DNA of 61,010 nt from a virus (taxonomy: Duplodnaviria; Caudoviricetes): IMG/VR virus record IMGVR_UViG_3300008255_000145, positions 1 to 61,010 of that record; one strand, 5' to 3'. The notes under the pieces were generated by a model, which was not told the origin of the DNA, made no database searches, and saw nothing but the letters and a program-made list of their open reading frames with translations. Positions 53,036 through 60,117 of this stretch are shown one piece after another (positions within the stretch are counted from its first letter, which is position 1; every line of letters starts with the position of its first letter). The position numbers were made by a program, and so were the translations under genes.

Positions 53036-53881
53036 CTTACTTCATCTTTATTATTAGTATAGTTAATAATACTTATTATATATAACTATATCAATTATTA
53101 TTAAATATGTATGGGATTAAGATGTCTAAGAATGATAATAATAGAGGATAAGATGTGGCGTTTTTGGTTTAAAAATAGATTATGTGATAGGGAAAGAAAG
53201 TCCTTCGCCTTTTGTGTATCAAAATGAGACACTTCTATATGAGAGTAAATATATTTTTTTTTAAAAAAATGAGAATAAACGAGAATTGAGAGGATTTAGA
53301 GGAGATGGTTAGTGCCCCTACCCATCTGACAGTAGCAAATAGGACGCTTCTTCGTGTAACATGGATGTTCTAAATAAAAACACTCTTGCCAGGGATGTGA
53401 GGTAGTGTCACTATAATTGGTAGATACCTTGGATAAAATTCATTGCGAGCCCCTACCGGTTTGCGATTTGGCCAATCTTTAGTATTTATTATTGTATCCA
53501 TTATAATGATAAGGTTATATACTTAATAACATCATCCTTGAGATAGTGTAGTATAACCATTCTATATTATATGTGTGTAGCAAGCACATAGAGTGAAGTA
53601 GCGTATCATTCGTATAGGTGTATTTATACATTGACATAATTAATGTATTGCGTTTGTATATTAACAAGAAAAACATAATATACAGTCACATGTGAGTCTA
53701 TATGTAGACCATGTGGTTACCATTAATATAGAAAACACATAGCACCTGTGTTACAGAAGGTAGCTTGAGGAAGTAATGTCGCCGAGAAGTGCATAAGCAG
53801 GCAGAGAAGGACATAATGATACATATTGTACATAGGGCAGACTAGTGAGATACAGCTAGTATGTTATGTATGATATAGACA

Positions 53882-53948
53882 GTCATACTACAACAAGTGG
53901 CGTGTGCATGGTTCCACATGCAGATGGTTCGAATCCATGAGTATGACC
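53882..53948 (+). ncRNA. Degenerate tRNA-like element (Gly-TCC-like, non-canonical)
   Basis: Acceptor GTCATAC/GTATGAC, T8-A9, D-loop AAGTGGC, stem GCATG/CATGC with a 6-nt loop GTTCCA, T-arm ATGG-TTCGAAT-CCAT; no encoded CCA. Confidence 0.6.
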
Positions 53949-54143
53949 TATATATTGGCTTAATTGACGAAAACAAGCGGTGCTAACTGACGTGTCAGCC
54001 GCAAAACAAATAATAATTAAAATTAGTCCTTGAGGCGTGCATCAAGTATTATAGCCGCTGGTTACTAGCATCGGGTACAACCGAATAGCGTAATTATACC
54101 AGTGGAGGGAAAAAGATATATGTCGATAGGACGAGGAGACAAT

Positions 54144-54344
54144 ATGGCAGGATTCATCAGTTTAAAAAATAACGAAACCGAATATTTATTCGGAAAAAAT
54201 GGCTCAACATTTAAGTGGATAGGAAAAGAACTATTCCACATTTCAAATGATGAGTCATTTGAAAAAGTATACCTTGTGGGGGACAGGGTATATTTTAGAA
54301 GTGAAGGGGAAGAGACGTGGGAGGATTTAGATACTGATTACTAG
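54144..54344 (+). CDS. Small early hypothetical protein (66 aa)
   Basis: RBS GAGGAG precedes the ATG at 54144, in frame with track ORF 54102; followed by a terminator. Confidence 0.75.
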   Translation: MAGFISLKNNETEYLFGKNGSTFKWIGKELFHISNDESFEKVYLVGDRVYFRSEGEETWEDLDTDY

Positions 54345-54352
54345 TTTCATCA

Positions 54353-54378
54353 GGCCCCTCTTCGGAGGGGTCTTTATT
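54353..54378 (+). terminator. Intrinsic terminator with UUCG loop
   Basis: GGCCCCTC-TTCG-GAGGGGTC-TTTATT. Confidence 0.8.
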
Positions 54379-54380
54379 CA

Positions 54381-54440
54381 ACTCGTCTGAGCGAGTATAA
54401 ACAGATGATTAAGCTCAGAGCGTCCTTTTTAGGGGTCAAT
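54381..54440 (+). ncRNA. Pistol self-cleaving ribozyme
   Basis: P1 ACTCG/CGAGT; loop TCTGAG pairs with CTCAGA (6-bp pseudoknot); ATAAACAG linker; TTAAG; GCG; P3 TCCT/AGGG; GU cleavage dinucleotide at 54435-54436. P2 is weak. Confidence 0.82.
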
Positions 54441-54462
54441 TAAAAATTAAAAGGAGAAACTT

Positions 54463-55029
54463 ATGAAACTAAAGTTATTAAGACTCCTATTTATCTTAGC
54501 GACGTTCATTGTCGGAGTAATAGGAAGGCAGTATCGTTTCCTATGGCTATATTATTATATAGCCGGTTCCGGCAAGGAACGTATAATGCCAAGAAGGTAT
54601 TTGGATCCACGGATGATGGCTAAGGCAAGGAGAAACTCTCGCCGAAAAGTCACCACGAATAGTGGTTTCAAATATCTTCTCCACCATACATTGGAGTATG
54701 ACGGCTCGGGCTTTTGGGGTCGTCCTACCGCCTTTTATATGGTGGGGTGTATGACATACGATATCTCTTTTAAGGGAAACCGTGTGATTGTCAGCGGCAC
54801 AGATGGCAACTTTCATACATCTGCACTACATGTCAGGATTGTAAAACCATTGGCAAAGATATTTGGAAGTGAGTACTTTCAGGTATCTGGCTTCCCAATG
54901 GGTAGTCCTGGCATTTCAAATAAGTTGTGGATGGATTTTGAGGCAGTTGGCGCAAAGCCATTCACAACCGTCATTCATGAAGAATTTACTTCTCATGAAT
55001 GGCGAAAGATAAATAGGAGGGTGTTTTAA
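54463..55029 (+). CDS. Early hypothetical protein with N-terminal hydrophobic helix (188 aa)
   Basis: RBS AAAGGAG; N-terminal LLRLLFILATFIVGVIG. Confidence 0.75.
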   Translation: MKLKLLRLLFILATFIVGVIGRQYRFLWLYYYIAGSGKERIMPRRYLDPRMMAKARRNSRRKVTTNSGFKYLLHHTLEYDGSGFWGRPTAFYMVGCMTYDISFKGNRVIVSGTDGNFHTSALHVRIVKPLAKIFGSEYFQVSGFPMGSPGISNKLWMDFEAVGAKPFTTVIHEEFTSHEWRKINRRVF

Positions 55030-55322
55030 TCACCAAGCTCGGTGGTTGTCCGAGCATAAATTGACAACAAATGCAGTGCTTCAAAGGAAGAGTTCGGTAC
55101 TGCTATTGGCGTATGCCTTTTACCCGAATAGGCTGAGCTCGTGTGTTGTAACACTTAATTTGCAAGGCAGCTTAACAAATCAATATACCATTAAAGTATA
55201 TGTTGTTGATGACTGAATAACTGCAAACCAATAGGCTGTTGTTACTGCGATAAGAGAAATTCGTATACACATGTGGCTGTGAGGCTGGCGTTTTGTGATG
55301 TCGTTTAAATAATCGCGATTTA

Positions 55323-55368
55323 CCACTACAGCGAGAAGGATATTCAGGTTTCGAGACCTGTGTAGTGG
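55323..55368 (+). ncRNA. tRNA minihelix-like element (acceptor plus T-arm only)
   Basis: CCACTACA/TGTAGTGG 8 bp stacked on CAGGT-TTCGAG-ACCTG. A 14-nt linker replaces the D and anticodon arms. Confidence 0.5.
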
Positions 55369-55397
55369 CTATTTATTAATTAGATAAAAGGGGATAA

Positions 55398-55781
55398 ATG
55401 TTTCACGTATCACCAACGCCAAATATAGACGTTCTTCTGCCATTCAGTTCGGCAGAAGATATAATAGATGGAGAAATCGTTTGGGACGATGACTCTAAAA
55501 ATATATTTAAAAAATGTGTCTCATTTGGGAAAACTGTAATTGGATGCCTTATGGATGTTCCAATGAATAGCGGATATATATATATCCCAGATGAAGATAT
55601 AAAAGAATGTGAAATTAGACATTTCTGGAAAGAAGCGTCAGAATTGCATATCCTAAGCTTGTTCTCAAAGGAAGTTAGAATATACAGACCTGTAAAGGTT
55701 CTGTGTATAGGAACTTTCAATGTGGAACATATATTCGCCACAGATGGATATCGTAGGCGATATAAAATAAATATTTATTAA
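55398..55781 (+). CDS. Early hypothetical protein (127 aa)
   Basis: RBS AAGGGG. MFHVSP..VSF..CL..EV pattern is loosely reminiscent of phage ADP-ribosyltransferase-like folds (function weak). Confidence 0.7.
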   Translation: MFHVSPTPNIDVLLPFSSAEDIIDGEIVWDDDSKNIFKKCVSFGKTVIGCLMDVPMNSGYIYIPDEDIKECEIRHFWKEASELHILSLFSKEVRIYRPVKVLCIGTFNVEHIFATDGYRRRYKINIY

Positions 55782-55833
55782 TTAAACCCATTTAATATGG
55801 GAATTTATTCTTTTATCTTCTTAAGGAGGAGAT

Positions 55834-55962
55834 ATGTTAGAAGATTTAATCGTAGAAAGTAATAACGAAGAGCTAAATATGGCTCTTCGTTGTGCTATAT
55901 CTGATATGGAGCTATCTATGTCTGATATAGAATTCGGTATTATGATGGATATTACCGAATAG
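55834..55962 (+). CDS. Small acidic protein (42 aa, MLEDLIVESNNEELNMALRCAISDMELSMSDIEFGIMMDITE)
   Basis: Strong RBS AAGGAGGAG; below the ORF-track length cutoff. Confidence 0.65.
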   Translation: MLEDLIVESNNEELNMALRCAISDMELSMSDIEFGIMMDITE

Positions 55963-56001
55963 TAACAGACTGGCACTCACTATAATGGTGAGTGTTAATG
56001 T
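55963..56001 (+). repeat. 39-nt near-copy of 59434-59472 (5' half of a twister; P4/L4 missing)
   Basis: TAACAGA(C/G)TGGCACTCACTAT(A/G)ATGGTGAGTGTTAATGT, 2 mismatches. Confidence 0.9.
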
Positions 56002-56113
56002 CTGAGAAAAAAGGAGAATCTACTAGCCTTTAAGTAGTAGAAAAAATAAATACTATACAAAGTGTCAAGATGTTCCTTTTAAGGTCAATCGGCTAAGTAT
56101 AGAAGGAGATATT

Positions 56114-56341
56114 ATGAAAATTAAATTATTTGCACGTTTTAATCGTATAGATGGCGTGCTTGATATTCGTCCAGAAGACGGGCAACTGATTTGGAGACGT
56201 GGCAATGGTGACATTGTTACTCTCAGGAAATCAGATGTTGCGGGATTATATTCATTTTTCCCAAAACCTTCAGATGCTAAAAAATTCATCGAAAAGAATT
56301 TCGATGATAACGGTATCTATTCCTGTGCCACAACGCATTGA
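56114..56341 (+). CDS. Early hypothetical protein (75 aa)
   Basis: RBS GAAGGAG. Confidence 0.7.
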   Translation: MKIKLFARFNRIDGVLDIRPEDGQLIWRRGNGDIVTLRKSDVAGLYSFFPKPSDAKKFIEKNFDDNGIYSCATTH

Positions 56342-56351
56342 GGGAGGAGAT

Positions 56352-56543
56352 ATGTTAAACAGTAAAATATACACTATTACTATCAACATAATCAAGACGA
56401 TTGTGTTGATAGTAATAAGCATAGCAGTACTCTATGCTATGGTGGTCCGTAGTATAGAACTATGGGAAACAGATCCAATCCCAGTACTTATAGTAGTGGC
56501 ATTGGCTGTAACGCTATTACTATCACTAGTGATAGTAGAGTGA
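56352..56543 (+). CDS. Small two-helix membrane protein (63 aa)
   Basis: RBS GGAGGAG before the ATG at 56352, in frame with track ORF 56199; two hydrophobic segments. Confidence 0.7.
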   Translation: MLNSKIYTITINIIKTIVLIVISIAVLYAMVVRSIELWETDPIPVLIVVALAVTLLLSLVIVE

Positions 56544-56608
56544 CAGATGGCACCCCAACGTCGTGAGATGCGGGGCAGTAATGTGCGGCGTCAGATCCAA
56601 AGTTCTGA
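56543..56608 (+). ncRNA. Twister self-cleaving ribozyme (permuted form, P1 closed by a hairpin)
   Basis: ACA-GATGG-[P1 CACCCC..GGGGCAG]-TAA-TGT-GC..P4 TCAGA/TCTGA with 8-nt loop TCCAAAGT. TGG pairs with CCA. Predicted cut between 56579 and 56580. P1 base is imperfect. Confidence 0.7.
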
Positions 56609-56732
56609 GCGGTAGTACGTATTTTAAGTTAATCAATAAATAGGGAATGTACCCTAGTAGCCGTAGTATATGGTGGCTATAAGAAAAAGTTCATATACAG
56701 TGATTGGTGTCTACTAAGTGACATAACAGAGC

Positions 56733-56763
56733 CTTATTGTCAAAATGACAATAGGATTTTTAT
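56733..56763 (+). terminator. Terminator-like hairpin just upstream of the polymerase gene
   Basis: CTTATTGTCA-AAA-TGACAATAGG then ATTTTTAT; the stem is AT-rich. Confidence 0.45.
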
Positions 56764-56790
56764 CAACCCATAAAATAATGGAGATTTATT

Positions 56791-59436
56791 ATGGGACAAA
56801 AAACATTTAACTTCTTGATGGATCAAGAAGCTAGCACTTTCATAAGTGCTAATTTGTTGTGGGTTCGATTAGGAGACAGAAGATTAGAAGTCTCCTTCGA
56901 ATCGGATAATGAGATAATAGTGCCAATAGAGGCACATATAGTCTCTTACAATAGAATTAGACCAATTCCAATTATGGGACAAAAGTCTCGTATATTGAAA
57001 TTGGTATCTATTCTGAAAGGTGCCGATGGCGATCCTTTCCAGTTGGCTAAATCGATAGCCGATTTTAATATGGCAGAACAGGAGATCCACTTCTTTGTTC
57101 CTGCCAAAAATGGCAGGAATTTAAAGTTTGTGGGACAAAAGACAATGTTCCGTCAATCTGGGTACCTAACCCAGAATGAAAAAGTCTGTCAAATAATGAT
57201 ACCCCAAGAGGGGGTGGTGGAAGCAATAAACAATGAGTCAGTAAGCTATGACTCATTAATGGAGTCTTTTAGACCTATGAGTATGGGCAAAAAAGACTGG
57301 CTTATTGGTATAAAGGTTATACCAATATTGTCTAATATGTACAATAAAGAATTCTTTTATCTTGGTGGAAGCCCAGATAAAGGACTATGTGTAGTTACAC
57401 ACAACAATAAAATCATTAAGAACACAAAGAGGAAATCCTCTCAGAAAATAGGTAAAATCCTATTGGCTGGGGGGATCCCATTTTCATTTGGGGAGCTCAG
57501 TTTTGTTGCAATTGAGTTCCCAAAAGCTATAGATGGTGTTTATGCCATCGTATCAGAAAAAGAGATGGAGATTGCAACAGCTGCCAACGCCTTGCATGGC
57601 AGACATTTACAGTCTCGCTCTTTGGGGTTTGGGTTAAAGGGCACTATTGCCACCCCAGAAACAAATATATTAAAAAATGTCTTGGGCAACTATAATGCCG
57701 TAATAGACATCAAAGAACTCAATTCTACGTATAACCTAAACTATAAGTTAGGTAATACTGTAGAATTAACAGACCTTATAATACTGTCTACAGATATGGA
57801 TAGTAATATAAGAGATTCCAAAGTGAATATGCAGGCACTAAGTCGTGCAGGCATATCTCAGACTAAATTATTATACCATTTTATAGATAATATTGATGAG
57901 AAAGATCCCCTCAAAATCATACCATCATTTGGTATTTCAAAAATGTTTAATTCTATTGGACATATAGTCCAGTGGGATGATACCCAAAATGGTTATCAAA
58001 AAATGGTAAGTTTGATTCAATCAAACTTAGAGTATTGGAAGTTAAATACTCTAAGAAAAGGAATCACTGTTCCTGGAGGGTATTTGTATAATCTCCCCTC
58101 CAATGTGCCGTTTGATGGCGCATTATTATCTAATGAGTTTATGATTAAGCATAATCTCACTATTGGTGATTATATTACAGTGCTGATAGCTCCAGCATTG
58201 TTTCCTGATAGAGAAGGTAAATCTCCATTCGTCTTCTCTAAAAGAATAGTTGGCAAATTGAAATCACGGTCCATATCGATCTCAATGAAGTCCAATGAAT
58301 ACGGACTGAGAGACTATGATGGTGACAAACTTGTAGTCCTGTCAGGCAGACATGCACTGGACCAAGGTGTATGTAATTTCGACTCTCTTAAAGTGGGGAC
58401 ACCAGCCGAACTTGAGTTACAATATGACTCGATATCGGCTGCTCAGGTCTTCTGTAACGCCAATAGTCTAGTTGGTGTCGCGGATGACACTGCGGGGTCT
58501 ATGTATTTATATGGACTTAATGACACTGAGTATTTAGGTGCATGCATCCAGGCGCCGGTATACTCCATGAAACATACAATTCGTAAGGGCTACGAATTGG
58601 AAGACTTATTGAAATATGGCAAGGAAGCTATACCAAAGGCATTTAATGGCAAAGGTAAGCTAATAAAGCATCCTGATCTGATATGTAGAAAGGAATCAGA
58701 TACTTTTAATGAAGCATTCAAAATGCAATCAAAAGTATCTAGCTACTTGGCAGACATCTTAGAACTGCTTAATGATGTCACGATTGATAAGTTTAATGTC
58801 ATTGAGTTTAAAGATATGATGTTATTATGTGACACATATCTAAATGAGGTTGAAGATGACGTCCTTGATGACTTAAAGGATTTAAGTAATCAAATATGGT
58901 CTATGGCATTCTCAAAATTGCCAGATGACGATAATGAAACCGACTTCAATATAGTTACGTCGGTTATTGGTGGTATAAGAGCAAGGATAACGCAAGAATT
59001 TGGTCCAGAATTCTTGCGTCAATTGGTCGCACTAATGATTGCAACCAATAAAACTGGAAAAATATACTATCCACTATTACTAGGACAAGATGTCCTACGA
59101 AAAGTAATAGATGGAAAGGTGGCGAAACATATCGACTATAGCGTTGGTATGGCGAATGAAGTTATAAACAATGGTGAATTAATCACTGTTGATATTTGGA
59201 GATCCAGAGTCAATAAGGACGATGTCAAAGAAGTTAGCTGTTCTACAGTTGAGTTTGAAGTTGATGATGTCGTATATGTAGTAGACGGCTTATTGAGACC
59301 CATTAATATGGTTCCCGCTAACATTAATGGTACACTCCAAGATGGAGAGTATAGGATTGTTGCCAGTAGGCCGAGATGGAACAAAACTGGGGAAGTTATA
59401 GGAACCGGGATAACCCTCACTCTTAGAAGAGTTTAA
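56791..59436 (+). CDS. YonO-like / cellular-RdRP-like single-subunit two-barrel RNA polymerase (881 aa)
   Basis: ID248GVYAIVSE, Q274SRSLGFGLK283G (cf. RdRP Q.R..G.KG), IAPALFP (cf. R.P.LHP) and catalytic RD508YDGD512KLVV, in the expected order; RBS GGAG. Confidence 0.82.
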   Translation: MGQKTFNFLMDQEASTFISANLLWVRLGDRRLEVSFESDNEIIVPIEAHIVSYNRIRPIPIMGQKSRILKLVSILKGADGDPFQLAKSIADFNMAEQEIHFFVPAKNGRNLKFVGQKTMFRQSGYLTQNEKVCQIMIPQEGVVEAINNESVSYDSLMESFRPMSMGKKDWLIGIKVIPILSNMYNKEFFYLGGSPDKGLCVVTHNNKIIKNTKRKSSQKIGKILLAGGIPFSFGELSFVAIEFPKAIDGVYAIVSEKEMEIATAANALHGRHLQSRSLGFGLKGTIATPETNILKNVLGNYNAVIDIKELNSTYNLNYKLGNTVELTDLIILSTDMDSNIRDSKVNMQALSRAGISQTKLLYHFIDNIDEKDPLKIIPSFGISKMFNSIGHIVQWDDTQNGYQKMVSLIQSNLEYWKLNTLRKGITVPGGYLYNLPSNVPFDGALLSNEFMIKHNLTIGDYITVLIAPALFPDREGKSPFVFSKRIVGKLKSRSISISMKSNEYGLRDYDGDKLVVLSGRHALDQGVCNFDSLKVGTPAELELQYDSISAAQVFCNANSLVGVADDTAGSMYLYGLNDTEYLGACIQAPVYSMKHTIRKGYELEDLLKYGKEAIPKAFNGKGKLIKHPDLICRKESDTFNEAFKMQSKVSSYLADILELLNDVTIDKFNVIEFKDMMLLCDTYLNEVEDDVLDDLKDLSNQIWSMAFSKLPDDDNETDFNIVTSVIGGIRARITQEFGPEFLRQLVALMIATNKTGKIYYPLLLGQDVLRKVIDGKVAKHIDYSVGMANEVINNGELITVDIWRSRVNKDDVKEVSCSTVEFEVDDVVYVVDGLLRPINMVPANINGTLQDGEYRIVASRPRWNKTGEVIGTGITLTLRRV

Positions 59437-59497
59437 CAGAGTGGCACTCACTATGATGGTGAGTGTTAATGTGCCGTCGCATGGTCACAAGTCCATG
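59436..59497 (+). ncRNA. Twister self-cleaving ribozyme abutting the polymerase stop codon
   Basis: ACA-GAGTG-[P1 GCACTCACTA/TGGTGAGTGT]-TAA-TGT-GC..P4 CATGG/CCATG with loop TCACAAGT. GTG pairs with CAC. Predicted cut between 59467 and 59468. Confidence 0.8.
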
Positions 59498-59533
59498 GTA
59501 GTAGTACATCCAATAATGTCTGAGGAGGATATT

Positions 59534-59887
59534 ATGTTATATGTATTATTAATTAGTTTTATTTGTTTTGCAATAGTTGTCATTTTAGTGGTCCACTATT
59601 GTCTCCCAAAGAGGGTGAGCATTTATACCTATAATGGAAAACTACACGCCTATAATACAGTGTGGTTTGATAATGGATATGGTGGAGGCTGCTACGATGA
59701 CAAAGTATATGCAAAGGGAAGAAATATTATTGAATTATATTTTAATGTTACGTTGTATAGACTGGTAAATAGAATGGGAGGGCATTTTTCAAGTGCCACT
59801 AAGATTTGGTGGTACGAGCATCTGTTAGATACAGAATGTAAGATGTTTGAGTTATTAGCAAATGTAATAAAAACATCTATAGATTGA
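59534..59887 (+). CDS. Hypothetical protein with N-terminal membrane anchor (117 aa)
   Basis: RBS GAGGAGG before the ATG at 59534. The track's longer version would run through the ribozyme. Confidence 0.7.
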   Translation: MLYVLLISFICFAIVVILVVHYCLPKRVSIYTYNGKLHAYNTVWFDNGYGGGCYDDKVYAKGRNIIELYFNVTLYRLVNRMGGHFSSATKIWWYEHLLDTECKMFELLANVIKTSID

Positions 59888-59979
59888 GACTCCGCTCCGC
59901 CCCCTCGCTCTGCTCGGCCCTACGGGTAAAGGGCTCCGCAAAGGATGATATGTATTGTATTTAATAAGTAATATGGATT

Positions 59980-60089
59980 GGCTGTTGATTGCTTAATTGC
60001 AATGCAGATATGTGATAAAATATCTGTACTAATTGGAAATGGTGAAGTGTCTCCACACGATTGCTTGGGTTCGAATCCCAGGACAGCCA
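59980..60089 (+). ncRNA. Enlarged tRNA-like element
   Basis: 7-bp acceptor GGCTGTT/GACAGCC plus A; 5-bp T-stem with TTCGAAT; D-stem TTGC/GCAA; 8-bp anticodon-like stem with 8-nt loop GTGATAAA; 37-nt extra arm; followed by a T-run. Confidence 0.65.
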
Positions 60090-60117
60090 CTCTTTTTTTT
60101 ATAATTATGGAGGTTAA

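Noticed and set aside
53631-53662. TTGACA as a sigma70 -35 box (also 55061, and about 31545 on the minus strand)
   Set aside because: No acceptable -10 hexamer at 16-18 nt spacing.
53753-53805. Twister-like ACAGAAGG..TAATGTCGCC..GCATAAGC
   Set aside because: No P4 stem, and the L1/L4 triplets are not complementary; at best a decayed remnant.
55976-55987. ACTCACTATA match to the T7 promoter core, and a TATAAT box
   Set aside because: The rest of the T7 promoter is absent and no T7-type RNAP is seen. The second copy has TATGAT, and the sequence is explained as twister P1.
56557-56571. GTCGTGAGATG similarity to rRNA segments
   Set aside because: Too short; it is a GNRA-capped hairpin inside twister P1, with no other rRNA sequence.
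56708-56733. TGTC-TACTAAGT-GACA hairpin resembling twister P4/L4, followed by ACAGAG
   Set aside because: No matching UAA strand or complementary pseudoknot triplet in the right place.
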